From positions 72,719 to 136,718 of the forward strand of contig CBDBDB010000016.1 of assembly GCA_965203495.1 (NCBI GenBank): a stretch of 64,000 bases of DNA, read 5' to 3'. A program made the translations under genes and the position numbers. The DNA is from Candidatus Multivorans sp. (lineage in GTDB: Bacteria; Acidobacteriota; Thermoanaerobaculia; Multivoradales; Multivoraceae). Shown piece by piece: positions 38,584 through 48,936 of the stretch; within the stretch, counting starts at the first letter, position 1; each line of letters starts with the position of its first letter. The notes beneath the pieces were generated by a model. It ran no database searches. It worked only from the letters and a program-made list of their open reading frames with translations, and was not told where the DNA came from.

Positions 38584-38617
38584 CCGTCAGGGGCGCTCGG
38601 CCGGACCCGCACGGCGA

Positions 38618-39619
38618 TCATCCCGACAGGTGCCAGACGGCGAGGCGCAACGCGTCTCTCGGACTCTTGCGGAGTTCCCGCACGACCGACGCTTCGAATC
38701 CCGAGTGCATCGCGCAGTTCGCGCACAGTGGATCCTGGCGCGACTCCCAGTAGTCCCAATCCGTCTCCTCCCAGAACTCCTTCCAGGTCGCGTGGTAGCG
38801 CTTGCCGATCAGGTAGCAGGGGCCCTTCCAGCCAAGCGGCGTTCTCGTGACGGTGCTCCACGGAGAGCATGAGTAGTCCCTCAGGCCGGCCGCGAATTCG
38901 AGGAACATGGGGGTCGAGGTCAGCTTGTACTCGTCCGCGATCTCAAGAATGCGCCGGAACTTCCGTTCCGTGTCCCGACGCGTGAGAAAGATGTCTCGGT
39001 CCACCGACTCGTACTGATAGCCGGGGGAGATCAGCATGCCGTCGATGTCGAGGTCGCGCAGGAACCGGCACAGCTCCTCGACCTCGTCGACCCGCGTCTC
39101 CTTGAACACGGTCGTGTTCGTCGTGACGTGGTAGCCGCGCTCCTTCGCCGCGCGGATCATCTCGACCGCCTTGTCGAACACGCCCTCGCGGGCGCACACG
39201 AAGTCGTGGGTCTCGCGCATGCCGTCCAGGTGCACGTTCAGCGTCAGCCGCCGGTTGGGAGGCACCCGATCGAACACCTTGGCGTCGAGGAGCAGGGCGT
39301 TCGTGCAGAGGTAGATGTGCCGTCGTCGAGCAACGATGCCGGAGATCAGCTCCGGCAGTTCGGGGTAGATCGTCGGCTCGCCGCCGCAGATCGAAACGAC
39401 GGGAGCGCCGCTCACGCGCACCGCGTCCAGGCACTCCGAGACCGGCAGCCTGTCCCTGAGCTTGCCCGTGTGCCTCTCCACGGCGCACCCGAGGCATGCC
39501 AGGTTGCAGGTGTAAAGCGGCTCGAGCATCAGGACGAACGGATACCGGCGCCGGCCCAGAAGCGCGTTCCTGGCCTGGTGTTTCAGGTTGTCGGTCACCA
39601 TGTGGAGCGGCGTTCGCAT
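38618..39619 (-). CDS. hpnH: adenosylhopane synthase, hopanoid-associated radical SAM protein HpnH
   Basis: RYPFVLMLEPLYTCNLACLGC (CxxxCxxC radical-SAM cluster) and strong collinear similarity to HpnH throughout (...VVSICGGEPTIYPEL...YLCTNALLL...LISPGYQYE...CANCAMHSGFE). ATG at 39619 (MRTPLHM...). The track ORF's 106-aa N-terminal extension is rejected. Confidence 0.9.
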   Translation of the reverse strand: MRTPLHMVTDNLKHQARNALLGRRRYPFVLMLEPLYTCNLACLGCAVERHTGKLRDRLPVSECLDAVRVSGAPVVSICGGEPTIYPELPELISGIVARRRHIYLCTNALLLDAKVFDRVPPNRRLTLNVHLDGMRETHDFVCAREGVFDKAVEMIRAAKERGYHVTTNTTVFKETRVDEVEELCRFLRDLDIDGMLISPGYQYESVDRDIFLTRRDTERKFRRILEIADEYKLTSTPMFLEFAAGLRDYSCSPWSTVTRTPLGWKGPCYLIGKRYHATWKEFWEETDWDYWESRQDPLCANCAMHSGFEASVVRELRKSPRDALRLAVWHLSG

Positions 39620-39668
39620 GGTTCTCAGCGAGGTCCTTTCTCGGAAGCGTCCACTTCGGGCGTTCGCG

Positions 39669-41762
39669 TCAGTGGACATCCGACCGCCCGGAGACGGGCG
39701 CTCGGACAGTGACGCTGGCGGCGCGGGGCGCGCCGCCAGGAAGGACGGTCGGCTGGCCGCGGGGCGCCTCTGGCGCGGACATGGCCAGACGTCGGTAGGC
39801 AGCCAGCGCCTCGAGCGGAAAGTACTGCGCGTAGCCGTGGTATCGGAGGTAGAACACGCGGGGGAAGCCCACGCCGGTCCAATCGCGGTCGTACCACGAA
39901 CCGTCGGCGCGTTGACGATCCTGCAGAAAGGCGACACCCCGGTCCAGCGCCGCCGCGGTCCGGGCCCCGTCGTCGCTCCGAAGACTCGATTCGAACAACG
40001 CGATCAGACCCATCATCGCCCAGGCGGTCTGCGAGGCCGTGCTGCGGCCGCGGCCCCTGAAGGCGGGATCCTCGTAGGAGCGAAGGGACTCGCCCCAACC
40101 GCCGTCGTCGTTCTGCGCCGCGAGCAGCCAGTTCCGGCCTAACCGGCACGCCCGGGTCACACGCTCCCCGGCGGCGCCGGGCGTTCGCGCCGCCAGCGGC
40201 GCCAGCGCGGAGAGAGCGAGCCAGGCGCCGTAGATGCCATTGGCGCCCCAGCGCCCCGGCCAGCTCCCATCCTTCTCCTGCTCCCGCAGCAGATAGTCCG
40301 TGGCGCGTCTGACCGGTCCATCGCCCGGATCGTGTCCATGCGCCAACAGCGCGCCGATCACGCGGGCGGTGATGTCGGGGGTGCTCGGATCGATCATCGC
40401 GTTGTGATCGGCGAAGGGAATGAGGGTCAGGACCTCCTTGTCGCAACAGCGGTCGAACGAGGCCCAGCCTCCGTCCGGGTTCTGCAGGCCAAGAAGCCAG
40501 CGCCGGCCGCGCGCGGCCGCGGCCTGCCGCCGCGCTTCCAGTTCGTCGGTCCGCCCGCGGACGGCCGCCAGAACCCGCAGGACTTCCGCCGTGTCGTCGC
40601 AGTCAGGGTAGAGATCGTTCCGGTACTCGAAACACCAGCCCCCCGGGGCGTCCTGAAGACTCTTCTCCCGCCAGTCGCCGGCAACCGTGATCTCGCGCTC
40701 GAGCAGCCACGTCAACGCTTCCTGGATGGGCGCCTCGTTCCCGTCCCGGTCCGCCGCGAGCAGGGCGCCCACCGACAGCGCCGTATCCCAGACCGGCGAC
40801 AGGCAAGGCTGGAGCCGTATCTCTCCGGCCTCCTCGATCTCGAACCGTTCGAGTTCCCTCAGCTGGCTCTGGACCAGGGGATGGCTCTCCTCGTAACCCA
40901 GGCAGCGAAGCGCGATGACGGCGTTGACCATCGCCGGGAAGATGGCGCCCAGACCGTCGGCGCCTTCGACGTGGACAACCAGCCACTCCTCGGCCTTCTT
41001 CAGAGCCGAGCGGCGCCACCCGGGCACGGGGCCCGCGGCTTCCACCAGCTTGATCAGGCCGTTGACGCCGGCGAACACACGAGACCAGAAGGACTCGTAG
41101 AGAGTCATCCGCCTGCCTCCCGGCCCGGAATCCGCCCGCAGCTCGTCAAGCTTCACGTCCAGCGGCACGCTCGGTCTGAGGGCCCAGATCACCGACAGAG
41201 GCACCACGATCGTCCGAGTCCAGGAGGACATCTCGTGGAGGTTGAAGTAGAACCAGCGCGGCAGCAGGATGAGCTCCGGGGGCACCGCGGGCGACCGCCG
41301 CCAGGTCCAGAGCCCGAAGATCGACAGGTAGAGCTTCGTGTACGAGTTGCACGCGCCCAGTCCGCCGGCCCGCAGAATCGCCCGGCGCGCATCGACCATC
41401 CTCGGCGATCGCGGATCGTCGCCGGCGAGCTTCAGACAGGCGTAGGCCTTGACCGAGGCGCTCGGGTCCGTCGGCCCGTCCGGGTAGATCGCCCAACCGC
41501 CGCCCTTCTGCTGTTGACCGCGCAGCCGTTCGCAACACTTCGAGACGCGCGGGTCGTCGCCGCGGCCCAGGAAGTGAAGCAGCAGAACGTACTCCGACTC
41601 GAGAATCGTGTCGCCCTCGAGTTCCGCGCACCAGTGGCCGTCTTCCCGGCGCTGGCCCAGCAGATTCCGGGCCGCCGCGTCGATCATCAGATCGATGACC
41701 CGCGGCGGCGGAGTCGGAGACGTCGCCGGGCGCTCGTGGAGTCCGCTGGTCAGGCTGTCCAT
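39669..41762 (-). CDS. shc: squalene-hopene cyclase
   Basis: 697 aa with the catalytic DXDD motif (DCDDTAEV), QW repeats and full-length collinearity with bacterial SHC (e.g. ...EDGHWCAELEGDTILESEYVLLLHFLG...). SD GGAGG lies inside the 3' end of the upstream gene. Confidence 0.92.
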   Translation of the reverse strand: MDSLTSGLHERPATSPTPPPRVIDLMIDAAARNLLGQRREDGHWCAELEGDTILESEYVLLLHFLGRGDDPRVSKCCERLRGQQQKGGGWAIYPDGPTDPSASVKAYACLKLAGDDPRSPRMVDARRAILRAGGLGACNSYTKLYLSIFGLWTWRRSPAVPPELILLPRWFYFNLHEMSSWTRTIVVPLSVIWALRPSVPLDVKLDELRADSGPGGRRMTLYESFWSRVFAGVNGLIKLVEAAGPVPGWRRSALKKAEEWLVVHVEGADGLGAIFPAMVNAVIALRCLGYEESHPLVQSQLRELERFEIEEAGEIRLQPCLSPVWDTALSVGALLAADRDGNEAPIQEALTWLLEREITVAGDWREKSLQDAPGGWCFEYRNDLYPDCDDTAEVLRVLAAVRGRTDELEARRQAAAARGRRWLLGLQNPDGGWASFDRCCDKEVLTLIPFADHNAMIDPSTPDITARVIGALLAHGHDPGDGPVRRATDYLLREQEKDGSWPGRWGANGIYGAWLALSALAPLAARTPGAAGERVTRACRLGRNWLLAAQNDDGGWGESLRSYEDPAFRGRGRSTASQTAWAMMGLIALFESSLRSDDGARTAAALDRGVAFLQDRQRADGSWYDRDWTGVGFPRVFYLRYHGYAQYFPLEALAAYRRLAMSAPEAPRGQPTVLPGGAPRAASVTVRAPVSGRSDVH

Positions 41763-41766
41763 GTCG

Positions 41767-42969
41767 TCAGTCCGCCTCCGTCAACTGGATCCGCCGCCCT
41801 TCCGCCGCCGACACGTAGGCTGCGTACAGCAGCCGCACGACATCAAGGCCGAGCTCGCCGTCGGACTCGGCGGCCGCGCCGTCCAGCAGGTTGGCGGCGA
41901 ACGCCTGGCACATGCCGAGTTGGCCCGACGTCCAGTCCTCGTCCGGCATCGGCGTCGTCCAGCCGGCGCCGGAGTCGATCTTCTCCATGATGCAGGCGTC
42001 GTCGAAGACCTTCTCGTCCGGTGCATAGGCGCGGAGCATGTCGTTCGGACTCAGGCTGAGCCGCAGCCGACAGTTGGTGGCAAACAGATCGAGGGCGCTT
42101 TCCATTCCACCCAGGACGTGATCTCCTCCCCAGGCCACGGCGCGCGAGCCGTCGTCGAAGCCGATCACGGCGCAGCCCCAGTTTTCGACCTCGCCCCAGT
42201 CGCCCGCGACGCGGAGTTCGTCCGGCGACAGGCCGGCGACCGCGGTCAGATCGGCGGTCTCGGCGCCGACCCAGGCGGCTCGCACCGGCGTGCCCGACCG
42301 CCGCAGTCCTTCCACGCGCTTCAGGTACAGCATGGCGCCGACCGGATGCGCGGCGAGACGGATCAGAGCGCCGCCGCCAGTGTGTCGCCAGATCCGCGAA
42401 TAGGGAGAGTGAGAGCCGCTGTGGCACTCGCCGCCCCGCATCTCGAGGAGGACCGCGTCCGCCTTCTCCAGCAGTCCGAGCGCGCGGCGGAAGGCCGGAG
42501 CGTAGATCCAGTTCTCGCCGTAGAGGAGCTGCACGCCAGCGCGCCTGGCCGCCTCGACCATCGCCCGCGCGTCCGCCTCGGCCACCCGCAGCATCTCGCG
42601 CCGGTCGCGACCGGCAACGTCGGCGTCGCTCGCGTCCTCCCGGAGATCCTGGCCGGTGTAGGCGGTCAGGGGCTTGGTGCAGATCACGTGCTTGCCGGCC
42701 GCGGCCGCGGCTTCCGTCATCTCCCGGTGCAGCCGGTTGGGCACGCAGAGATCGACGACGTCTATCGCCCCGCTCGCCAGCATGGCGTCGAGTTCGTCGA
42801 ACACGGTCGGGATGCCGAACCGCCGCGCGTGATCCTCGGCAAGCCGACGGCGCCGCGAAACGACGCCCGCGATTCCGGCGGAAGGCGTCTGTCGCCAGCA
42901 TCTGGACCTCGTCTCGGCCAGGAAGCCGGCGCCAACGATGCCTACGCGCAACTGACCCGCTACGCTCAT
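41767..42969 (-). CDS. Gfo/Idh/MocA family NAD(P)-dependent oxidoreductase
   Basis: Starts MSVAGQLRVGIVGAGFLAETR (Rossmann). Contains ...CTKPL... and ...GENWIYAPAF... family motifs. Only the 3' 400 codons of the 704-aa track ORF are protein-like. The stop is 4 nt from the shc start. Confidence 0.8.
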   Translation of the reverse strand: MSVAGQLRVGIVGAGFLAETRSRCWRQTPSAGIAGVVSRRRRLAEDHARRFGIPTVFDELDAMLASGAIDVVDLCVPNRLHREMTEAAAAAGKHVICTKPLTAYTGQDLREDASDADVAGRDRREMLRVAEADARAMVEAARRAGVQLLYGENWIYAPAFRRALGLLEKADAVLLEMRGGECHSGSHSPYSRIWRHTGGGALIRLAAHPVGAMLYLKRVEGLRRSGTPVRAAWVGAETADLTAVAGLSPDELRVAGDWGEVENWGCAVIGFDDGSRAVAWGGDHVLGGMESALDLFATNCRLRLSLSPNDMLRAYAPDEKVFDDACIMEKIDSGAGWTTPMPDEDWTSGQLGMCQAFAANLLDGAAAESDGELGLDVVRLLYAAYVSAAEGRRIQLTEAD

Positions 42970-43166
42970 CAGTCCGCGGGAGCATAGCCGCCGGATACGA
43001 TTGGCCGCCGACAGGACGGGTGCGGCTTGCTCGCCTTCTTGCTGCTCGCCGTCTCGTGGCGGGACGGAGCGCGGCCGATCTGGTCGGCCGATCTCGAGAC
43101 GCGGAACACGCTGCTCTGTCTCCTGCCGGTGCGGCGCCCCTGACGGACGCGCGTCCGGAAGACCGA

Positions 43167-43862
<696 letters not shown>

Positions 43863-43946
43863 CGGGCGGGCACGTTAGCACCGGACGCCGCCCGGGACGC
43901 TCCTGATACGGTCGGCGCTCGCAGCAGCGACAGGGGACTCGGAACG

Positions 43947-44843
43947 ATGATGACGGAATCGGCGCACAACCTCGGCCGGCTCGGCGTCTGGGCCGGCCTC
44001 GACGACCTCTCCGCGGCCCGGGCGGCCGACTTCGCGGCCCGCATCGAGGCCCAGGGCTACGGCGCGCTGTGGACGCCGGAGGCCATCGGCCGCGATCCGT
44101 TCGCCCTGATCGCCTGGCTCGGCGCCCGCACCGATCGCATCACCCACGCCACCGGCATCGCGAACATCTACGCCCGCGACGCGATGACGACGAAGGCGGT
44201 GCACAAGACGCTGTCCGAGATGCTGCCGGGCCGCTTCGTCCTCGGCCTCGGCGTCTCTCACCCGCACCTGGTCGCCAACCTGCGCGGGCACGAGTACCAG
44301 CCGCCGGTGCGGAAGATGCGCGAGTACCTGGAGGCCGTCGGCAAGGCGTTCTATCGAGGCCCCGAACCCGAGCGGGAGGCGCCGATCGTGATCGCCGCGC
44401 TGCGGCCGCTGATGCTGAAGCTCGCCGCGACGGCTGCCTCCGGCGCCCATCCCTACCTGGTGACGCCGGAGCACACCCGGAAGGCGCGCGAGATCATGGG
44501 CGAAGGCCCCCTTCTCTGCCCCGAGCAGAAGGTGATCCTGACCACGGACGCCGAGGCGGCCCGCGGGATCGGCCGCGCCAACCTTCAGGTCTACCTGCGG
44601 GCGCCGAACTACCAGAACAGCCTGCTCGAGCTGGGCTACGCCGAGGACGACTGGCGGGAGTTCCAAGCCAGCGACCGCCTGGTCGACGCCCTGATCGCGT
44701 GGGGAACGGAAGACCGGATCCGCGAACGCATCCAGGCCCACTGGGACGCCGGCGCCGATCACGTGTGCATCCAGGCGTTTCGTCCCGACGGCAAGCCGGG
44801 CGCCGACCTCGACGCCCTGGAGACGCTCGCCCCCGGCCGCTGA
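43947..44843 (+). CDS. luciferase-like monooxygenase (LLM) family oxidoreductase, probably F420- or flavin-dependent
   Basis: 298 aa with LLM-family collinearity (LGVWAG...RIEAQGYGALWTPE...GLGVSHPHLV...). ATG pair at 43947/43950 (MMTESAH...). Confidence 0.78.
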   Translation: MMTESAHNLGRLGVWAGLDDLSAARAADFAARIEAQGYGALWTPEAIGRDPFALIAWLGARTDRITHATGIANIYARDAMTTKAVHKTLSEMLPGRFVLGLGVSHPHLVANLRGHEYQPPVRKMREYLEAVGKAFYRGPEPEREAPIVIAALRPLMLKLAATAASGAHPYLVTPEHTRKAREIMGEGPLLCPEQKVILTTDAEAARGIGRANLQVYLRAPNYQNSLLELGYAEDDWREFQASDRLVDALIAWGTEDRIRERIQAHWDAGADHVCIQAFRPDGKPGADLDALETLAPGR

Positions 44844-44873
44844 CGCTCTCGACCAAACGAGGAGAAGGACCCC

Positions 44874-46064
44874 ATGAAGAACCGTCACTCCACGACCGCC
44901 ATCGCAACCGCGGTGCTTCTCGCGCTGACCGCACTCGCCTGCGGGCCGGCCGAGGAAGCGCCCGAACCGATCGACCTCGAGGCGCCCCTCGCCGATCTCG
45001 TCGAAGGGTGGAACACGATCGCCCCGGGCGGGAGCACGACCTGCTCCGACGGTTCGCCGTTCCGGTTCTTCGTCCGCAAGGCCGATCCGACCCGACTCGT
45101 CTTTTATCTCCAGGGCGGCGGCGGCTGCTGGAACGCCGAGACCTGCGACCCGCGGGGCCGACCGACCTACACCACGACCGCCATCGAGGAGCTGCGTTCG
45201 CCGAGCGGCACGGAGCCCGAGGAAGGCGCCGTCCACGGCATCGCGGCATTCAACCACCCGGAGAACCCGTTCGCCGACCACAGCTTCGTCTTCGTGCCCT
45301 ACTGCACCGGCGACGTTCACATCGGCGACCGCGACATGGTCTACGACGTGCCGGCGACGGAGGAGGAGCCGGCGCGCCAGGTGACGATCCACCACCGCGG
45401 CTACACCAACGGTCGGGCGGCTCTCGACTGGACGCACGAGCGCTTCAAGGGTCCCGAGACGGTCTTCGTCACCGGTTCGAGCGCCGGCTCGATTCCCGCG
45501 CCGGTCTATGCCCGCCACTTCGCGGAGCGCTATCCGGCCGCCCGCGTCACCGCCCTGGGCGACGGCGCCGGCGGCTACCGCAACCTGACCGACAGCCGGC
45601 CTCACGAGTCCTGGGGGACGCTGACCGCCCTCTCCGGCTTCGAGGACATGAACGGGATCGACAGCGACGACTTCTCGTTCGAGACCCTGTACATCCAGGC
45701 TGCCAAGGCCCACCCCGAGGTCGTGTTCACGCGGTACGACACCGCCGAGGACGACGTACAGCTCCAGTTCCTGCGGCTCGCCGGCGCGAACGTCGACGAC
45801 GGTCTGCAGCCGCTGCTGGACGCGAACGAGGCCGACATCGATGCCGCGCTCGAGGGGCAGGACAACTACCGGAGCTACGTCGCCCCGGGCGAGTTGCACA
45901 CGATCATGCTGCGGCCCGAGTTCTACACGGTCGAATCGGACGGCGTCGCGATCCGCGACTGGGTCGCGGCGCTCGCCGCCGGCGAGCCGGTCGACGACGT
46001 CCACTGCGGCGATTGCGCGGTTTCGCCGGAACCGGAAACCGCCGGCGAAGCGACCGGACCGTAG
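44874..46064 (+). CDS. pectin acetylesterase (PAE/Notum-like) family hydrolase, lipoprotein
   Basis: Lipobox LTALAC-G. LVFYLQGGGGCWNAETC matches the PAE-family oxyanion/GGGxC motif. 396 aa. Confidence 0.7.
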   Translation: MKNRHSTTAIATAVLLALTALACGPAEEAPEPIDLEAPLADLVEGWNTIAPGGSTTCSDGSPFRFFVRKADPTRLVFYLQGGGGCWNAETCDPRGRPTYTTTAIEELRSPSGTEPEEGAVHGIAAFNHPENPFADHSFVFVPYCTGDVHIGDRDMVYDVPATEEEPARQVTIHHRGYTNGRAALDWTHERFKGPETVFVTGSSAGSIPAPVYARHFAERYPAARVTALGDGAGGYRNLTDSRPHESWGTLTALSGFEDMNGIDSDDFSFETLYIQAAKAHPEVVFTRYDTAEDDVQLQFLRLAGANVDDGLQPLLDANEADIDAALEGQDNYRSYVAPGELHTIMLRPEFYTVESDGVAIRDWVAALAAGEPVDDVHCGDCAVSPEPETAGEATGP

Positions 46065-46143
46065 CGCGTCGCGGACCGGATGCCGGCGGGGACGCCGGCG
46101 CACCCAGTCCGGATGCCGGCGGGGGCGCCGGAGCACCCCGGGT

Positions 46144-47277
46144 CTACTCGGGGAAGAGACTCCGGTCGAGACCCGGGATGATCTTCAGCGCGTTGCGGAA
46201 GTAGATCTTCTCGAGCGCCTCTTCCGACAGGCCGAGGCCGTACATCTTCCAGTGGGCGTGGCGCTTCCGGTAGTAGTCGAAGTACTCGTCCCGCGTCTCC
46301 AGGACGCGGAAGTAGACGTGGTAGCCGTCGATCGGATCCCAGGAGTCCTTGCCCATCAGGACGCGGTCCTGGTACGTCTCCAGAAAGGCGGCGGCGGTGA
46401 TCGGCTGCCGGCCGAGTTCGGCGAGCACCGCGCCGAGTTCCGTATAGACGTTCGGCAGTTCGTCGAGCAGCTTGCCGAGCCGCTCCAGGTCGTTGCCGAA
46501 CCAGCCCAGGTGGGCGTTGATGAAGGTCGTGTTCGGGTGATTGCGGAACAGGTTGTGCTGCTCGGACATCGTCTGCTCGAACGAGGCGAAGCGCGCGGGG
46601 TCGTCGCGGCGACGGTTCGGAAACTGCTTGAGTTCGAGCCAGCGCTCGTTCCGCTCGTCCCACGGGTCCCAGAACGGCGACGGTTCACCGACGTGGATCA
46701 GGACCGGGATGCCAAGCGCTCCCGCCTTCTCCCACACCGGAGCGATCCGCGGGTCGTCCGCCGCCACCCTCTCGCCGTCGCTGTCGGTCTGGAACATGCT
46801 GAGGTTCTTGTAGATCTTCAGGCCCTGCGCGCCGGCCTCGACGTCCGCTTCAAGCTGCGCCGCCGCCTTCTCGCCCCAGCCGGGCTGACCGATGCCCGCG
46901 AAGTCGACGTTCGCGTAGACGGCGAACCGGCCGGGGTAGCGGCCCCTGGTCGCCGCAATGTTCGCCTTGAGGCGGTCGCCCGAACCGCCGCTCAGGTTGA
47001 CGAAGACAGCCATGTTCATCCTGTCCATCTCCTGGACCATTTCGTCGATCCGGGCCGGGTCGCCGCCGCGCAGGTGACCGTGAGCGTCGACGAAGGGGAA
47101 CTTCGCACGCGTCACCGGTCCGCCCGGCACGTTGAGCGTCGAACGCGGCTCCCAGGCCTCCACGGTCATCTCCTGGGCGGCGGCCGGAAGAGGCGGCGCG
47201 AGCAGCAGGGCGGCCAGCAGAAACCGCCGCGGATCGCCGATGCAGGTCGAGGCGTTCGAGCGATGGCAAACCGGCAT
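46144..47277 (-). CDS. amidohydrolase-2 family (PF04909-like TIM-barrel metal-dependent hydrolase), secreted
   Basis: Signal peptide, then FPFVDAHGHL metal-binding start. ATG at 47277 with a GGGGGAAAGAGA SD. 377 aa. Confidence 0.75.
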   Translation of the reverse strand: MPVCHRSNASTCIGDPRRFLLAALLLAPPLPAAAQEMTVEAWEPRSTLNVPGGPVTRAKFPFVDAHGHLRGGDPARIDEMVQEMDRMNMAVFVNLSGGSGDRLKANIAATRGRYPGRFAVYANVDFAGIGQPGWGEKAAAQLEADVEAGAQGLKIYKNLSMFQTDSDGERVAADDPRIAPVWEKAGALGIPVLIHVGEPSPFWDPWDERNERWLELKQFPNRRRDDPARFASFEQTMSEQHNLFRNHPNTTFINAHLGWFGNDLERLGKLLDELPNVYTELGAVLAELGRQPITAAAFLETYQDRVLMGKDSWDPIDGYHVYFRVLETRDEYFDYYRKRHAHWKMYGLGLSEEALEKIYFRNALKIIPGLDRSLFPE

Positions 47278-47390
47278 GGTCTCTTTCCCCCGGGCTTCCT
47301 GGTTCTGGTCCAAGCGGTCGGAGTCTACGGCAGGCTCCTCCCGGAGTTCTCGCGGACGGCAGGCGCCGTGCCCGCGTATACTCGCGGGCG

Positions 47391-47669
47391 ATGTCCATCG
47401 TGCGCGCCGCCGAAGTCGTGGTGTTGCTGTTCAGCGTGTACATCGCCTGCGGGCTGGCCTTCGCCCCCTTCTTTGTCTGGCGCGGGATCGGCCGCATCGA
47501 TCCCGCCGCACGATCGGCCGGTCTCGGCTTCCGGCTCATCATCCTCCCCGGCGTGGCCGCACTCTGGCCCGTCCTCCTGCCGAGGTGGCTTGCCGGCCGA
47601 CACTCCCCCTCGGAGCGCAACGCTCATCGCGACGCGGCCGCCGGTCGACCGAGGCAGGCCTCCGAGTGA
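47391..47669 (+). CDS. small 2-TM membrane protein (first gene of a translationally coupled operon)
   Basis: 92 aa. MSIVRAAEVVVLLFSVYIACGLAFAPFFVW... hydrophobic. Stop overlaps the next start (GTGA). TATACT hexamer 8 nt upstream of the ATG. Confidence 0.5.
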   Translation: MSIVRAAEVVVLLFSVYIACGLAFAPFFVWRGIGRIDPAARSAGLGFRLIILPGVAALWPVLLPRWLAGRHSPSERNAHRDAAAGRPRQASE

Positions 47670-47869
47670 TCCGCGGCCTGCGGCGGCGCCACCGCCTGGT
47701 CTGGACGGCGCTGTTCCCCGTCCTCGCGGTCCTGCTCGCCGCCGCCGTCCTCCTTCGTCCCGAGCCGCCGATCGTGGACGCCCTTCCCGAGCCGCGCGAC
47801 GCGGCGGCGGACGCGGTCGAGACCCGCGGCCGGGACGACACCGAACCATCGCGGAACGAGGATCCGTGA
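47666..47869 (+). CDS. small single-TM protein
   Basis: 67 aa. GTG start overlapping the previous stop. LVWTALFPVLAVLLAAAVLL TM helix. Stop overlaps the next GTG start. Confidence 0.4.
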   Translation: MIRGLRRRHRLVWTALFPVLAVLLAAAVLLRPEPPIVDALPEPRDAAADAVETRGRDDTEPSRNEDP

Positions 47870-48936
47870 GCGCCGAGTACCAGGCGGTCCTCTGGAACCG
47901 CAACAAGAAGCTCTACGACCTGACGATCGCGGCCGGCATCGTCCTGTTCCTCGGTCTCTTCGTCGGCGTCGGCGTCGCGACGCGTCCGCGGGCGACGATC
48001 GAAACCCTCCTGATCCGCGGCTTCGGCGCCGGCGCCCTGCTGCTGCTGCACGTCGTGCTCGCCATCGGACCGCTCTGCCGCCTCGAACCGCGGTTCCTGC
48101 CCCTGCTCTACAACCGCCGTCACCTCGGCGTCTGCGTGTTCCTGCTGGCTCTCGCCCACGGCGGGTTCTCGATCGTCCAGTTCCACGGCTTCGGCGTCCT
48201 GAAACCGCTCGTCAGCGTGCTGGCCAGCAACGGGAACTACGACAGCCTGACCCAGTTCCCGTTCCAGGCGCTCGGGCTTTCGGCGCTCGCGATCCTGTTC
48301 CTGCTGGCGGCGACCTCGCACGACTTCTGGCTCGCCAACCTCACCGCGCCGGTCTGGAAGTCGCTCCACATGCTGGTCTACGTCGCCTACGGACTGATCC
48401 TCGCGCACGTCGCGCTGGGCAGCCTGCAGACCCAGGAGCGACCGCCGGCGCTCGCCGCTCTGCTGGGGATCGGACTCGTCGGCGTCGCTTCGCTGCACCT
48501 CGCGGCCGGTTGGCGCGAACGCGGCCGGGCGCCGTTCGCCGCGGCGAACGGCGCCGCGGTCGACGTCTGCGCCGTCTCCGCCATTCCTCTCGACCGGGCG
48601 CGAATCGTCCTCCTCGGCGGCGAGCGGGTGGCGGTGTTTCGCTATCGCGCGGACGACGGCGAACGGATCGCGGCTGTCTCCAACGTCTGCCAGCATCAGA
48701 ACGGCCCGCTGGGAGAGGGCCGGGTCATCGACGGCTGCATCACCTGCCCGTGGCATGGCTACCAGTACCGTCCCGAGGACGGCTGCTCGCCGGCGCCGTT
48801 CACCGAGAAGGTCCCGACCTTCAACGTGCGGGTAAAGGATGGCCGGGTGCTGGTCGATCCGAGGCCGAACGCGCCTGGAACGCGTGCCGAGCCGGCGCGG
48901 CTCGACGCCGCGGCCCGCGACGAGGACGCTTCGTGA
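47866..48936 (+). CDS. fusion of a ferric-reductase-like (MsrQ/YedZ-type heme b) transmembrane domain and a C-terminal Rieske [2Fe-2S] domain
   Basis: N-terminal 6-TM region with conserved intramembrane His (LLLLHVVLAIG..., LALAHGGFS..., SLHMLVYVAYGLILAHVAL). C-terminal CQHQNGPLGEG...CITCPWHGYQY Rieske CXH...CXXH boxes. GTG at 47866 overlaps the upstream stop. Confidence 0.75.
   Translation: MSAEYQAVLWNRNKKLYDLTIAAGIVLFLGLFVGVGVATRPRATIETLLIRGFGAGALLLLHVVLAIGPLCRLEPRFLPLLYNRRHLGVCVFLLALAHGGFSIVQFHGFGVLKPLVSVLASNGNYDSLTQFPFQALGLSALAILFLLAATSHDFWLANLTAPVWKSLHMLVYVAYGLILAHVALGSLQTQERPPALAALLGIGLVGVASLHLAAGWRERGRAPFAAANGAAVDVCAVSAIPLDRARIVLLGGERVAVFRYRADDGERIAAVSNVCQHQNGPLGEGRVIDGCITCPWHGYQYRPEDGCSPAPFTEKVPTFNVRVKDGRVLVDPRPNAPGTRAEPARLDAAARDEDAS

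Noticed and set aside
38618-39937. N-terminal 106-aa extension of the HpnH ORF. Similarly the 304-aa extension of the 41767..43881 ORF and the 94-aa extension of the 57317..59194 ORF.
   Set aside because: Extensions are low-complexity, overlap upstream genes, and homolog alignment places the true start at internal ATG/GTG codons with SD motifs.
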